Of a stretch of 64,000 nt of DNA, positions 36,601 to 46,863 are shown piece by piece. Location: positions 27,420-91,419 of the forward strand of contig CAMDMZ010000016.1 of assembly GCA_945902805.1 (NCBI GenBank). The letters run 5' to 3'. Each line of letters begins with the position of its first letter. Position 1 is the first letter of the stretch. A model generated the notes under the pieces. The model was not told the origin of the DNA, ran no database searches, and was given only the letters and a program-made list of their open reading frames with translations. Origin of the DNA: Propionivibrio dicarboxylicus. Lineage in GTDB: Bacteria; Pseudomonadota; Gammaproteobacteria; Burkholderiales; Rhodocyclaceae. The translations under genes and the position numbers were made by a program.

Positions 36601-37542
36601 TCGATGCCCACCCGCGCCGGCATTTTGAACCGTACCGATCTTGCGGCTCTGAATCAGCAGATGCACGACACCCGTACCCAACTGTTTAGCGAAGCACTGC
36701 AGATCCTGGCCAGCAACCCGAAAGCTGCCGATGTCCCGGACTGTGGCGAGGGCGGCTCCGAGGTCTGCATCGTCAAACGTGATCGCGGTGTCGCTGAGTT
36801 CGTTCCCATCGTCAAACGCAAGATCGCCCTGGTGATCGGCAACAACAGCTACCGCTCGCCTATCCCGGAACTGGAAACCGCCATCAATGATGTCACTGCC
36901 ATTGGCGAAGAACTTGGCGCCAGACTTGGCTACGAGGTCAAGGTCGTGCAGGATGCCGGTCGCAAGGAGACCATCGACGCCCTCAACGACCTGATCCGCA
37001 CCACGGGACCCGACGACAGCGTCCTCGTCATGTACGCCGGCCACGGCTACCTCGACGAGAAGACCGGAGCCGGCTACTGGATTCCCACTGACGCGAATGC
37101 CTTCAAACCGGATCAATGGATTTCCAACGACAGCATCGCCCGCGCCCTGAACAACATTCCGGCCAAGCAAGTCATGCTCGTCTCCGATAGTTGCTACTCA
37201 GGCTCGTTGACCAAGGAAGGCAAACAGACCGAGATAGTCGGCATCAGCCGTGACCAGACACTGACCCGGCGTTCCGTACTCGCCATGTCGTCCGGCGGAG
37301 AAGAGCCGGTTTCTGACGAAGGCGTCGATAACCACTCGATCTTTGCCTGGAATTTCCTCCAATCCATCAAGACCATGACCAATGAAACCTCCGGCCAGAA
37401 GCTGCACGCCGTGGTCAAGGAAGCCGTGACCAAAGACTTCCCGCAGGTGCCGCAATACGGCACCGTCGTCTCCGCCGGCCACACCGAAGGCGGCGAGTAT
37501 CTATTGACTCCGAAAGCACCGACGCAGGGGGGAGCACGCTAA
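33700..37542 (+). CDS. two-partner-secretion exoprotein (TpsA) with a C-terminal caspase (peptidase C14) domain
   Basis: N-terminal TPS domain (LPSGGTVSAGSATISQ..., IIDWNSFNIG, ALNRV, GQVWLLNPGGALFG). Long G/S/T/N-rich passenger and a Pro/Thr linker. C-terminus has KIALVIGNNSY, YAGHG (His1115) and VSDSCYSG (Cys1165). Start codon uncertain: ATG 33700 or 33730. Confidence 0.8.
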   Translation: MTVSEKPKPTMGIGLHLDVRLRPMAVLLATAGLLSLPTFAQTALPSGGTVSAGSATISQAGAAMRIDQSSQKTIIDWNSFNIGRDAAVRFNQPNSSAIALNRVGADGGRSVIDGQLSANGQVWLLNPGGALFGPSARIEVGGLLSSSMKIGNDNFLNGNYHFTQDGAGRIVNQGQLNATEGGYIALMAPEVRNEGVITARLGTVALASGNELRLDLAGDRLIELAIDQAAVNSLVENKHLIQADGGAVLMSTDALNRLALGAVNNSGIVRAQTIAEHDGVIRLLGGTTTVSGTLDASAPNGGNGGFIETSGHSVTMDPTLKVTTAAMTGKTGNWLIDPVDYLIAPSGGDITGFALSSNLNNTNVTISTAALDTPYGGGFGDIFVNDAVSWNSGNTLSLLAERNIEINNTITGSNPASQFQATAPGILTVAGSGSVSAGSVTYRANDMQLSGSTNHALTTNFLTVAPHTDSGGVQIGASSSPGLLNLTPSEIGTLHATNISIATTNGEIRVTAALNPEHIAAQQEFVLNGRNINVDAAVNAPGKNLLLMSPGTLTVSAAGSVSGSSVTYWVNDATLVGHTTGSSTRAVQLGPNTSGRSIRIDTNSAAGALNLSPAEIGTLTAADSSAEVHIGGEIGNPAYVSSITVAAPLAASNINSNLYLIANSIAVNSSIDASSGAARLGFVSGTGGTTLNAAVTTPNEISVILGSGGGFNQTTNGLVTAHVLKARGTGAVTLDENNTVAAVAANVSGSFWLNNGMTPLSVISRGSAEGTINGITANNIGLVTSNTLTLDAPLTATSTGAVSSSGVTVTDTLCTGTCVRPHIELYAHDGFTNNVGASALSLPPGKYWMLTTESPAVTTLNGLQPGATSFDAQRTEDGDMLLSANRLFHYLGATSATVEQVVASQETTTPDVGTTTPAPAAVEPAGGTGSGGATLNTFPTSAPVVTSLPGITTQSSLTPSLIVNASRSMPTRAGILNRTDLAALNQQMHDTRTQLFSEALQILASNPKAADVPDCGEGGSEVCIVKRDRGVAEFVPIVKRKIALVIGNNSYRSPIPELETAINDVTAIGEELGARLGYEVKVVQDAGRKETIDALNDLIRTTGPDDSVLVMYAGHGYLDEKTGAGYWIPTDANAFKPDQWISNDSIARALNNIPAKQVMLVSDSCYSGSLTKEGKQTEIVGISRDQTLTRRSVLAMSSGGEEPVSDEGVDNHSIFAWNFLQSIKTMTNETSGQKLHAVVKEAVTKDFPQVPQYGTVVSAGHTEGGEYLLTPKAPTQGGAR

Positions 37543-37578
37543 TGAAAACCGCTCGCCCAATGGAAATTGCCAACCAAG

Positions 37579-37603
37579 CGCCGTCCCGCCAAAGCCGACT
37601 TTT
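37579..37603 (+). repeat. dispersed repeat copy R8
   Basis: CGCCGTCCCGCCAAAGCCGACTTTT in the 71-nt tpsA-tpsB spacer. Confidence 0.75.
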
Positions 37604-37613
37604 AGGATCGACC

Positions 37614-39317
37614 ATGAAACGCACCGTACTCGGCTCTCTTTTCATTGGCTTATCCGCCACCGTCTTTGCCGCCCCGCCCGATGCTGGGTCCCTCCTGCGT
37701 GACGAGATGCGCCGCGACCAGGCACCCGCCCCGCTGATGCCACCCAAGGCTGACGCTGCCGCGGACATCAAGACATCCGCCGACACCGGCCTTAAGATGG
37801 CCATCACCGCCTTCCGCGTGACCGGTCTGACGGCTGTCGCAGATGCGCAAGGATTCCTCGCCGCCCATGCCAACCAGTCGCACAGCATGGAAGGCCTGCA
37901 CCGCGTTGCCGAGAAATTCGAGCAGTGGCTGCGCAGCCGAGGTCTGTTTCTCGCCCGTGCCTATATCCCGCCGCAAGACATCAAGGCCGGCGTCGTGGAG
38001 ATTCGTGTTCTCGAAGGCCGCCTGGAAGGCATCGACATCAAGCGTGCACCGACCACCCGCCTTTCCGACGAATTGCTGCGCGACACCCTCGGCGGTGCGC
38101 TACCGCTCGGTGCGGCACTGGAGCAGGAGCGCCTTGAGCGTGGTCTGCTGCTATTGAACGACCTGCCGGTCGCCAGTGCTCGCGCGGTGCTCACGCCCGG
38201 CAAGGAACTCGGCGGTTCGCGCGTCACCATCGAAGCCGCCCAGGGGCCGGTGATGGGCACGAGTGTCGAGCTGGATAACACGGGCAATCGCTTTACCGGC
38301 GATTGGCGACTCGGTGCCGCGCTTGCCATCAATGATCCGAGCGGACGCGGGGATGCCTGGATCCTGCGTGGCACAGTCAGCGAAGGCAGTAGTTTCCTGC
38401 GTGCCGGTTATACCCTGCCGATCGGTAGCAATGGCTGGCGGATTGGTGCCGGCTTGATTGGTTCGCGTTACAACCTGTGCTGCGAGTCCTCTGTCACGGC
38501 GCTGGATTCGGATGGCCGGGCCACGGCGGTATCGGCCTTTGTCAGTTATCCGGTGCTGCGCACCCGCCTGGCGAATCTGGCACTGTCGGCGACGGCCTCA
38601 AACCGTGATTTCGTCAATCGCGCGCTGGGTGTTACCACCAGCGACAAGAGCAGCAAGAACCTCATACTGGCGGCGACCGGTGATTGGAGCGACATGACCG
38701 GCCTGACCGGTCTCGGGGCTTACACGAGCTATGTGGTGCAATGGACCAACGGCCGCCTAAATCTGGATGGCTGGCAGGCGGACAAGGCGACCGATGCGGT
38801 AACGGCCGGTTCGGCGGGCAGCTTTGGCAAATGGACGGCGCAGGCGAGTCATCTACTGCGGGTGAGCCAGACCTCAGCCGTCTATGCCGGCCTCTCCGGA
38901 CAGATGGCGAACAAGAATCTGGATTCGTCGGAGAAGTTTGTCCTCGGTGGCCCGCAAGGCGTGCGTGCTTACCCGACTGGCGAGGCGAGCGGCGACGAAG
39001 GCTGGTTGCTGAATCTGGAATGGCGCCAGGAGTTGAATAGCGAATGGCGAGTGGTGGGCTTTGTCGATCACGGCAAGATCACGCTGCACAACACGCCATG
39101 GGCAAACTGGAATACCGCGACGCCTAGCCTGTCGAATCGCTACAGCCTCTCCGGCGCAGGTGTCTCGGCAGTGTGGACGCCGATGCCGGGAACGCAGATC
39201 AGCACGACGCTGGCAACACGATTGGGGAACAACCCGGCACGTGATGCGTCGGGCCGTGATGCGGATAACCGCTCGTCGGATTCGCGGGTTTGGGTACAGG
39301 GTAGCGTGGCGTTTTAA
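37614..39317 (+). CDS. TpsB outer-membrane transporter (ShlB/FhaC/HecB family)
   Basis: Start set at ATG 37614, giving signal peptide MKRTVLGSLFIGLSATVFA. POTRA region and beta-barrel, with terminal ...VQGSVAF. Confidence 0.8.
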   Translation: MKRTVLGSLFIGLSATVFAAPPDAGSLLRDEMRRDQAPAPLMPPKADAAADIKTSADTGLKMAITAFRVTGLTAVADAQGFLAAHANQSHSMEGLHRVAEKFEQWLRSRGLFLARAYIPPQDIKAGVVEIRVLEGRLEGIDIKRAPTTRLSDELLRDTLGGALPLGAALEQERLERGLLLLNDLPVASARAVLTPGKELGGSRVTIEAAQGPVMGTSVELDNTGNRFTGDWRLGAALAINDPSGRGDAWILRGTVSEGSSFLRAGYTLPIGSNGWRIGAGLIGSRYNLCCESSVTALDSDGRATAVSAFVSYPVLRTRLANLALSATASNRDFVNRALGVTTSDKSSKNLILAATGDWSDMTGLTGLGAYTSYVVQWTNGRLNLDGWQADKATDAVTAGSAGSFGKWTAQASHLLRVSQTSAVYAGLSGQMANKNLDSSEKFVLGGPQGVRAYPTGEASGDEGWLLNLEWRQELNSEWRVVGFVDHGKITLHNTPWANWNTATPSLSNRYSLSGAGVSAVWTPMPGTQISTTLATRLGNNPARDASGRDADNRSSDSRVWVQGSVAF

Positions 39318-39346
39318 AAACTGCCACCCGCAGTCACCGCTGATTC

Positions 39347-39372
39347 GTCACTCTCGCGTAGGCGGGAGTGAC
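39347..39372. terminator. hairpin between convergent tpsB and ppc
   Basis: GTCACTCTCGC-gtag-GCGGGAGTGAC: 11-bp stem with one G-T pair. No strong T-tract on either side. Confidence 0.4.
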
Positions 39373-39392
39373 AAAGAATTCGTCAGCAGCGA

Positions 39393-42158
39393 CTACCCGC
39401 TATTCCTCAATCCTGCCGCGATACCATTAATAGTGAGATGAATCCCACGCTGCACCCTCTCGTCCGTTTCCCCGGCACGATGGCGGCGCAGCATTTCGAT
39501 CTGGATATGATTAAGCGGGTCGAGGTAGGGAAAACGGTTACGAATTGAGCGCTTCAGCAGCGGGTTGCCGTCGAGCAACTCGGCCTGACCGGTAATCGCC
39601 AGCAAGGCGTCGATTGACGCTTGCCATTCCGCCTTGAGCAGCGGGAAGATCGCCTCGCGTAGTTCCACATCCGTCACCAGATACGAATAGCGCTCGGCGA
39701 TGGCCATGTCACTCTTACCCAGCACCATGTCCATGTTCGACAACAGGGTGCGGAAGAAACCCCACTCGCGGGTCATTTCAGAAAGCAAGGCCATGCCGGC
39801 GTCGCCATGCTTTTCTTTCCACGCCGCGACCGCTGCACCAAAACCGAACCAGCCCGGCAACATCAATCGACATTGCGCCCAGGAGAAGACCCAGGGAATG
39901 GCCCGCAGATCCTCGATCGACGTGGTTTTCTTGCGCGATGCCGGACGGCTGCCGATATTCAGCGCGGCAATTTCTGCGATCACGGTTGATTCCCAGAAGT
40001 ACTGCTCGAAACCCGGTGTTTCGTAGACCATTTTGCGATACGCGGTGAACGCAGCGTTGGAAAGCTCCTCCATGGCGGCAAGAAACTCGGGGCGCGGCGA
40101 ATCGTGTTCATGCGCCAGCAGCGTGGCCTCCAGCGTCGCCGCAGCAAGGATCTCGAGGTTGCGGCGGCCAAGTTCAGGATTCGCGTATTTCGACGCGATC
40201 ACTTCGCCTTGTTCGGTAATACGAATCTGCCCCTGCACAGCACCTTGGGGCTGAGCCAGGATGCCCTGGTAGCTGGGGCCACCGCCACGACCGACCGAGC
40301 CACCACGGCCATGAAACAGGCGCAGCGTGATTCCGTGTCGGGCGAAGACCTCGGTGAGCTTGATCTCGGCCCGATACAGCGCCCAGCCCGAGGTCAGGAA
40401 GCCACCGTCCTTGTTGCTGTCCGAGTAGCCGAGCATACATTCCTGCAAGGCCCGACGCGATCCGAGCAGGCGGTTGTAAAGTGGAATCGCTAGCAGCCGG
40501 TCCATGATGCCCCCGGCGTTGGCGAGGTCGCCGATGGTTTCAAACAAAGGCACAATATTGACGTCGAGCGCATGGTCCATCGGCCGCAGCAGACCGACTT
40601 CCTTGAGCAGCACGGCGACTTCGAGGATATCCGAGACGCCGTCAGTCTTCGAGATGATGACGTTTTCGATCGCCGCGCGGCCAAAGCGGCGGTGAATGCT
40701 GGCTGCCGTGTGAAAGATATCCAGTTCGCCCTGGGTTTCGTCGGAGTAATGGATACCGGGTGCCGCGAGTGGCCGGGGCGTCGCCAGCTCCTCAAGCAAG
40801 ATCGCAATGCGCGCATTTTCGTCCATCACCCGGTAGTCGGTTCCCGGTCGCGCGATGGCCAGCAATTCGGCAACGGTGCGGGCGTGAACATCCGAGTTCT
40901 GACGCAGGTCGAGCGGCGCCAGATGAAAGCCGAAGATTGCCACGGCATGACGCAGGCGGCGCAAGCGGCCACGACCAAGCAGACCACAATTGTGGCTGAT
41001 CAGGGAGCGGTGGAGGACATCGAGATCGGCAGCGAATTCGGCGGCCGTGACATACGGCGCGGCATCGGCGACCGCATGCCGCGGGGCCTCCAGGCCGTCG
41101 AGTTGCCGCGCGGTGGTTGCCAGTCGCGCATAGAAGCCGGCAATCGCACGCCGGTAGGGCTCATCCATGCGATGCGGACTGCGGTCCGGCGACTCCTCGG
41201 CCAGCCTCATCAGCTCGATGTCGGGAACCGAGATCAGTGATGTCGTAGTCGACAGTTCGGCGCCTAGTCGGTGCAACTGGTCGAGCAGATAACTGATGGC
41301 CTTGCGGCTTTGGGCCCGCATCGCACCGTCGAGCACCTCGGCGGTAACGAATGGATTGCCGTCACGATCGCCACCGATCCATGAGCCTGGACGCAGAAAC
41401 GGCGGTAACTCCGGCAGGCCGTGCTCAGCCCAGCCGGGAATGGTCTTGGCCAGATGATCCTCACAGGTGTTGTAGACCCGAGGCAACTCGCGCAGGAATG
41501 TGGTGTCGTAGAACGACAGCGCATTGCTTACTTCGTCCATGACCGATAGCTTGGCCTTGCGCAACATCCGGGTTTGCCACAGACGCAATACCGCGCGCCG
41601 CAGCGCCTCGTCATGATCAGCCTGCTCATCCGGAGCAAGCTCGGTGCGATCGCGCTCATCGAGCAGGCGGGCGATTTTCCACTGGCAGTCAAGAATGCTT
41701 TTGCGCTGAACTTCGGTCGGGTGTGCGGTCAATACGGGGCGCACCTGTGCGCTGGCAAAAAATTTACCGAGTGCAACAGCATCCGTCCCGGCACTCAAGG
41801 CACGCTGCAGCGAGAAGGCCATGCTGCCCTCACGCGGTGGTGAACCGGCACGTGCATGGGCTCGCGCACGGCGAATGTGATGTTGGTCCTCGGCAATATT
41901 GGCGAGATGCGAAAAGTAGCTGAACGCACGGATCACCTGGCTGGTGCGCTCACGCGGCAGGTCGCACAGCAGCGCTTCCATCTCGACCCGTGCGGCGTGG
42001 TCAGCATCGCGGTGATAACGGATCGACAGGCGGCGGATTTCTTCGACGCGGTCGAAAACCGCGAGTCCTTCCTGTTCGCGCAGGGTGTCGCCGAGCAGGC
42101 GTCCAAGCAGACGAATGTCGTCACGCAGGGGTTGGTCTTTGTCTAGGTGGGCGTTCAT
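39393..42158 (-). CDS. ppc: phosphoenolpyruvate carboxylase
   Basis: 921 aa. Motifs [30 protein letters not shown], and C-terminal ...[12 protein letters not shown]. Confidence 0.95.
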   Translation of the reverse strand: MNAHLDKDQPLRDDIRLLGRLLGDTLREQEGLAVFDRVEEIRRLSIRYHRDADHAARVEMEALLCDLPRERTSQVIRAFSYFSHLANIAEDQHHIRRARAHARAGSPPREGSMAFSLQRALSAGTDAVALGKFFASAQVRPVLTAHPTEVQRKSILDCQWKIARLLDERDRTELAPDEQADHDEALRRAVLRLWQTRMLRKAKLSVMDEVSNALSFYDTTFLRELPRVYNTCEDHLAKTIPGWAEHGLPELPPFLRPGSWIGGDRDGNPFVTAEVLDGAMRAQSRKAISYLLDQLHRLGAELSTTTSLISVPDIELMRLAEESPDRSPHRMDEPYRRAIAGFYARLATTARQLDGLEAPRHAVADAAPYVTAAEFAADLDVLHRSLISHNCGLLGRGRLRRLRHAVAIFGFHLAPLDLRQNSDVHARTVAELLAIARPGTDYRVMDENARIAILLEELATPRPLAAPGIHYSDETQGELDIFHTAASIHRRFGRAAIENVIISKTDGVSDILEVAVLLKEVGLLRPMDHALDVNIVPLFETIGDLANAGGIMDRLLAIPLYNRLLGSRRALQECMLGYSDSNKDGGFLTSGWALYRAEIKLTEVFARHGITLRLFHGRGGSVGRGGGPSYQGILAQPQGAVQGQIRITEQGEVIASKYANPELGRRNLEILAAATLEATLLAHEHDSPRPEFLAAMEELSNAAFTAYRKMVYETPGFEQYFWESTVIAEIAALNIGSRPASRKKTTSIEDLRAIPWVFSWAQCRLMLPGWFGFGAAVAAWKEKHGDAGMALLSEMTREWGFFRTLLSNMDMVLGKSDMAIAERYSYLVTDVELREAIFPLLKAEWQASIDALLAITGQAELLDGNPLLKRSIRNRFPYLDPLNHIQIEMLRRHRAGETDERVQRGIHLTINGIAAGLRNSG

Positions 42159-42160
42159 GA

Positions 42161-42787
42161 TTATTTCTCACGACGGAGTTGTTGTTGGCTATCGGCGATC
42201 GCGCTTTGCAGGTAGGAGCCGTAAAAATCGGCCAGGCGAAAACCGACAATGGATTCAGCCAGATTGGCCCCATCCGGGCCGTGGAACATCACGGTCGGGG
42301 CGAAGCGCGCTTTCATGTCACGTGAAAAGTCGGCGCTGGTGGTACGGCGGCCCTGGAAATCGATCATCGGTGTGGTGCGGTCCATATGCAGTTCGCGAAT
42401 CACGGCCGGGGTCGCTGGGTCACGCGACAGCGGGCCAAGGTGCTCGCGCCGCACGCGTTCGCACCAGTTACAGTCATCGCGACTGTAAAGCACCAGCAGT
42501 GGCACGCCGCGCGCACCGGCCAACTTGGCATCGGCGGCAAGGTCGCGGGCTTCCGTGAGACTGCTTTGAGTCGCCGGGCGGGTCGCCAGATTCGGCGTCT
42601 GCGCCATCGCCGGGGCGGCGGCCAAGGCCGTGGCACATGCTAGAATTCCCAGTGAAATTCGGCCTAAACCTTTGCTGTGCCAAGCTTTCCGGCCGGTTGT
42701 CCGTTTCAAGTTCGTGCTGTACAGCATGCTCTGCCGCGAGGTCTTGCCAATGTGCGCACTCTTATCCATTTCCTGCTCCCTGCCCAA
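42161..42787 (-). CDS. secreted thioredoxin-fold protein (CxxC)
   Basis: Signal-like [15 protein letters not shown], then [17 protein letters not shown] (CNWC). Start uncertain (42787, 42769 or 42727). Confidence 0.6.
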   Translation of the reverse strand: MGREQEMDKSAHIGKTSRQSMLYSTNLKRTTGRKAWHSKGLGRISLGILACATALAAAPAMAQTPNLATRPATQSSLTEARDLAADAKLAGARGVPLLVLYSRDDCNWCERVRREHLGPLSRDPATPAVIRELHMDRTTPMIDFQGRRTTSADFSRDMKARFAPTVMFHGPDGANLAESIVGFRLADFYGSYLQSAIADSQQQLRREK

Positions 42788-42799
42788 TTTGTACCAGCC

Positions 42800-43765
42800 G
42801 TGACCACCACTTCACTCGCCCCAGAACTCGTTCCTGATCGCATCGTCATCGCCACGCGTGAATCCCGTCTTGCCCTATGGCAAGCGGAGCATGTGCGTGA
42901 CCTTTTGCGCCGATTGTATCCGTCCTGCCGTGTCGAATTGCTCGGCATGACAACGCGTGGGGATCAAATTCTTGATCGCCCGCTGTCCAAGGTGGGCGGC
43001 AAAGGTTTGTTCGTCAAGGAGTTGGAAGCGGCGCTGCTGGACCGCGTCGCCGATATCGCCGTGCATTCGATGAAGGACGTGCCGATGACGCTGGAACCGG
43101 AGTTTGCGCTCGTCGCCATCGGCCCGCGCGAGGTACCACTCGACGCCTTCGTCTCGTCGAAGTACGCCAGCCTCGACGACATGCCGCCGGGTGCTGTAGT
43201 CGGCACCTCCAGTCTGCGGCGTGAGGCGCAACTGCATGCGCGTTACCCGTATCTCGCCGTCTCGCCCTTGCGCGGCAACCTCGATACGCGTCTGCGCAAG
43301 CTCGACGAAGGCCAGTTCGACGCCATCATTCTCGCCGCCGCCGGACTCAAGCGCCTTGGCCTGGGTGAGCGCATCCGCGCCACGATACCCGTAGGCGAAT
43401 CATTGCCCGCCGTCGGCCAGGGCGCGCTGGGCATCGAAGCCTTGTCATCGCGACCCGAAGTCGCGCAGTGGATGGCTCCGCTCAACGATGCCATCACATC
43501 CGCCTGCGTGCGCGCCGAACGCGCCGTTTCGCGCGCCCTCGCCGGCAGCTGCGAAGTCCCACTCGGGGCCTACGCCGAGCAGCACGGAACAGAATTACAT
43601 CTGCGTGGTTTCGTCGCCCGTCCGGACGGTTCAGAGCTGGCTCACGCCGACATGCGCGGCGAGGCCGCCAACCCGGAAGCCTTGGGCAATCGTCTGGCAG
43701 AAGCCTTGCGCGCACAAGGTGCTGCTGAAATTCTCGCCTCTTTGGCGCCGGTCATTCCCAGATAA
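42800..43765 (+). CDS. hemC: hydroxymethylbilane synthase (porphobilinogen deaminase)
   Basis: GTG 42800 is the only plausible start before [25 protein letters not shown] and LRGNLDTRL motifs. Confidence 0.85.
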   Translation: MTTTSLAPELVPDRIVIATRESRLALWQAEHVRDLLRRLYPSCRVELLGMTTRGDQILDRPLSKVGGKGLFVKELEAALLDRVADIAVHSMKDVPMTLEPEFALVAIGPREVPLDAFVSSKYASLDDMPPGAVVGTSSLRREAQLHARYPYLAVSPLRGNLDTRLRKLDEGQFDAIILAAAGLKRLGLGERIRATIPVGESLPAVGQGALGIEALSSRPEVAQWMAPLNDAITSACVRAERAVSRALAGSCEVPLGAYAEQHGTELHLRGFVARPDGSELAHADMRGEAANPEALGNRLAEALRAQGAAEILASLAPVIPR

Positions 43766-43769
43766 AACT

Positions 43770-44579
43770 GTGGCCCTAACCACAACCGCACTCGCCGGGC
43801 GGCACATCGTGATCACTCGTCCGCTTGCTCAGGCCGGTCATCTGGCCGAGCAACTGGCCGAACTGGGCGCGACGCCAGTACGTTTCCCGGTACTGGCGAT
43901 TTTCGATATCGAGGACAAGCGCCCCGTCCTCGATGCCGCAATTCGCCTGGAAAGCTACGACCTGGTCGTTTTCGTCAGCCCGAACGCGGTCAATAAGGCA
44001 CTCGATGTCATGCTCCAGCATCGCCATTGGCCCATTGCCGTCGCGGCGGCAACGCTTGGCCGCAGCAGCGAGCGCGAATTAGCCCGACGCGGCGTGAAAG
44101 ACATCATTTCGCCGCAGCTGCGCTTCGATTCCGAAGCCTTGCTGGAGGCGCCTGAACTGCAACAGATGGCCGGCAAACGCGTGCTGATTTGCCGTGGCGA
44201 CGGCGGTCGCGAATTGCTCGGCGATACACTCGTCAGCCGTGGTGCGACGGTCGATTACCTGATGGTGTATAGACGCGGCATGCCTACTCTCGATCCCGCG
44301 CCCCTGCTCAAACTCTGGGAAGCGCACCAACTGGACGCCGTGACCTTGACCAGCAGCGAAGGTTTGCGCAACATGATCGGCATGATTGGTCATCTCGGTC
44401 ACGCCTGGCTCAAGAACACGCCAACCTTTGTCCCGCACGCACGTATCGCCGAACAAGCCGCACAGTTCGGCCTGCGCCGCATTATTCCTACCGGGCCCGG
44501 TGACGATGGCCTGATCTCTGGTTTGCTAGCCTATTTCGATAGCAATGGACAACACTCCGAACACCTCGCTCCCGTCTGA
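43770..44579 (+). CDS. hemD: uroporphyrinogen-III synthase
   Basis: GTG 43770, 4 nt after the hemC stop. HIVITRPLAQAG and VFVSPNAV pattern. Confidence 0.75.
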   Translation: MALTTTALAGRHIVITRPLAQAGHLAEQLAELGATPVRFPVLAIFDIEDKRPVLDAAIRLESYDLVVFVSPNAVNKALDVMLQHRHWPIAVAAATLGRSSERELARRGVKDIISPQLRFDSEALLEAPELQQMAGKRVLICRGDGGRELLGDTLVSRGATVDYLMVYRRGMPTLDPAPLLKLWEAHQLDAVTLTSSEGLRNMIGMIGHLGHAWLKNTPTFVPHARIAEQAAQFGLRRIIPTGPGDDGLISGLLAYFDSNGQHSEHLAPV

Positions 44580-45654
44580 ACCGCCAACGCCCACCCGCGT
44601 AGAGTCCGAGTCCGTGATGCCGACCAACGTGCGACGCTCGCCGTCGTGGCTGGGCGGAATCGTTGGCATCCTTTTCCTACTGGTGCTCGGACTGTGGTGG
44701 AACACGCACGAGCGCATCAACACGCTGCGCGACGAAACCGCGCGCCAACTGGTCGCCAGCGATGATCACTTTCAAGTCGAGCTCAATGCGGTGCAAACCG
44801 ATCACGACGCTCAGGTCGTCTTGCAAGAAAAGGTCGAGCTACTTGAGACCAAGCTGATTGCCGCACAGAATCAAACGGCGGCACTCGACGCCATGTATCA
44901 AGACATATTGCGCGGCGGGGATGAACGCTTGTTGCTCGAGATCGAACAATCCATCACGCTGGCCACGCAGCAGTTGCAACTGGCCGGTAATGTCGACGCC
45001 GCACTGATTGCCTTGCAGGCGGCTGATGCGCGCCTCGGCGGCTCGGTGCACGCGCGCCTGTTGCCCGTTCGACGCCTGATCGTACGCGACATCGAGCGTC
45101 TCAAAGCGCTGCCGACAGCGGATTTGGCAGGGCTCTCACTCAAGATCGACGGTGTCGTGGCAGTGATCGACAGCCTGCCTCTGGCGTATTTACATCGACC
45201 CGACCCAACAGCGGCGAAGGCGAGCGCCAAGCCAACGCCGACACTCCGTCCAGCACCGCCGACGTCGGCTTTCTCCACCAGCATGCTGGAAAAATTTGGC
45301 AAGGATCTCTGGCAGGAACTACAGCAACTCATCCGGATTGAGCGCATCAATCGTGATGATCCGGCACTGCTGGCCCCCAGCCAGACCTATTTCCTGCGTG
45401 AGAACCTGCGCCTGCGTCTCCTTAGCGCCCGACTCGCCTTGCTTCAGCGCCAGAGCATTACGTACAAGACCGATTTACAACAGGTGCAAGCCATGCTTGA
45501 GCAGTATTTCGATACCGAGTCCAAACCGGTTCAGACCGCGCTGACCACCGTGTCACGGCTTGCCGCAACCAATCCTGCACCCGATCTGCCAAGCTTGAAT
45601 GAAACGCTAGCGGCAGTGCGCAGCGTCAAGATGCCTAACCTGGCAGGACGCTAA
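44545..45654 (+). CDS. hemX: HemX-family membrane protein
   Basis: 369 aa: N-terminal TM anchor plus coiled-coil. Sits in the hemCD-X-Y position. Start could instead be ATG 44616. Confidence 0.7.
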   Translation: MDNTPNTSLPSEPPTPTRVESESVMPTNVRRSPSWLGGIVGILFLLVLGLWWNTHERINTLRDETARQLVASDDHFQVELNAVQTDHDAQVVLQEKVELLETKLIAAQNQTAALDAMYQDILRGGDERLLLEIEQSITLATQQLQLAGNVDAALIALQAADARLGGSVHARLLPVRRLIVRDIERLKALPTADLAGLSLKIDGVVAVIDSLPLAYLHRPDPTAAKASAKPTPTLRPAPPTSAFSTSMLEKFGKDLWQELQQLIRIERINRDDPALLAPSQTYFLRENLRLRLLSARLALLQRQSITYKTDLQQVQAMLEQYFDTESKPVQTALTTVSRLAATNPAPDLPSLNETLAAVRSVKMPNLAGR

Positions 45655-45656
45655 AC

Positions 45657-46838
45657 GTGCGCGCAATTTTCTGGCTCCTGCTGCTCGCTGTCGTCGCCGT
45701 CGTCACCGCAATGGCCGCGAAGTACAATGTTGGCTATGTGCTGCTGGTGCTGCCACCCTGGCGGGCCGAGTTGTCACATAACTTTTTTATCTTGTTAATT
45801 GTTGCCCTGTTTGCCGTGATGTATGGCTTTTTGCGCGTCTTGCGGCACACCATCAACCTACCGCGCTCGGTTGCCGCTTTTCGCCAGGAGCGCACGCGGA
45901 ATAAGGCGACAGACGAAGTGCAACAGACCAATCGTCTGCTGACCGAAGGGCGCTACGGCCACGCCTTACGCAGCGCCGAGCGCGCGTGGCCACAACTCGT
46001 TGAATCGAAGTTGCAAGCCGGCGTGCTGGCATTGGCCGCCTGGCGTGCCGCCCATGCCCTACACAATCCGGAACAGGTCGCTATCTGGCATGAACGGGTG
46101 AAACAGGCAGGCGACGATCTCGACCCCGCGCGCTTGATGACCGAAGCCACACTGGCCCTCGATGAGCGACGTTTTGATGACGCCCTTGCGGCGCTGCAAT
46201 CCTTGTCGGGGCGAGGCGGCAAGCATATCGCCGCACTGCGCCTGCAGCTAAAAGCCGAGCAAGGACTGGGTAACTGGACCGAGGTAGCGCGCCTGGTGCG
46301 GCAACTGGAGAAAGCGAAGGCTTTAACAGCGGACCAAGCGCTTCCCCTGCGGCAGCGTGCGCTGCGCGAAACCCTGCGCGGACTGTACGAAGATCTGCCG
46401 AAACTACAACGGTACTGGCGCGACCTCGATGCCAGCGACCGCAGTTCGCCACCAATCGCCCTCGAAGCCGCGCGCGCTTTTGCCGCCGCCGATGATTGCC
46501 GTGAAGCGCAGCGGATCATTGAGGATGCGCTGGAGGACAACTGGGATTCGACGCTGGCTCTGGCCTACGCCGAATGCCATGGCGGCGATGTGCTGGGGCG
46601 TATTGCCCGTGCTGAAAAATGGCTGAGCCAGCACCCGCGCGACGACGCCCTCTTGCTTGGTCTCGGGCGCCTGTGTCGCGAACAGCAGTTGTGGGGCAAG
46701 GCACGCAGTTTCTTCGAAGCGTCGCTGGCGATTCTGCCAACGCATGCTGCACATGTCGAACTGGCGGCGCTGCTCGAAGAGCTCCAAGAGTCGGTGCTGG
46801 CGGGACGGCACTATCGCGCTGCCGCGCTGCTCAAGTAG
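45657..46838 (+). CDS. hemY: HemY-family TPR membrane protein
   Basis: 393 aa, GTG start. Two N-terminal TM helices and a TPR-like C-terminus. Confidence 0.75.
   Translation: MRAIFWLLLLAVVAVVTAMAAKYNVGYVLLVLPPWRAELSHNFFILLIVALFAVMYGFLRVLRHTINLPRSVAAFRQERTRNKATDEVQQTNRLLTEGRYGHALRSAERAWPQLVESKLQAGVLALAAWRAAHALHNPEQVAIWHERVKQAGDDLDPARLMTEATLALDERRFDDALAALQSLSGRGGKHIAALRLQLKAEQGLGNWTEVARLVRQLEKAKALTADQALPLRQRALRETLRGLYEDLPKLQRYWRDLDASDRSSPPIALEAARAFAAADDCREAQRIIEDALEDNWDSTLALAYAECHGGDVLGRIARAEKWLSQHPRDDALLLGLGRLCREQQLWGKARSFFEASLAILPTHAAHVELAALLEELQESVLAGRHYRAAALLK
46786..46810 (-). repeat. dispersed repeat copy R9, inside hemY
   Basis: Plus strand reads AAGAGTCGGTGCTGGCGGGACGGCA, translated in hemY as Q-E-S-V-L-A-G-R-H. 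Confidence 0.75.
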
Positions 46839-46863
46839 TCCGTTTCGTCGCCGGAATCACTCC

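Noticed and set aside
33700-37542. Classifying TpsA/TpsB as a contact-dependent inhibition (CdiA/CdiB) locus.
   Set aside because: There is no VENN or comparable pretoxin boundary; the only VENK is near residue 235, next to the TPS domain. No small immunity ORF lies between or after the genes. The C-terminal domain is a protease fold rather than a nuclease or pore-former.
42904-42914. An 11-nt match (CCGTCCTGCCG) to the repeat inside hemC, and partial matches near 5826-5840 and 40575-40590.
   Set aside because: The similarity does not extend beyond about 10-11 nt, which is compatible with chance in GC-rich DNA.
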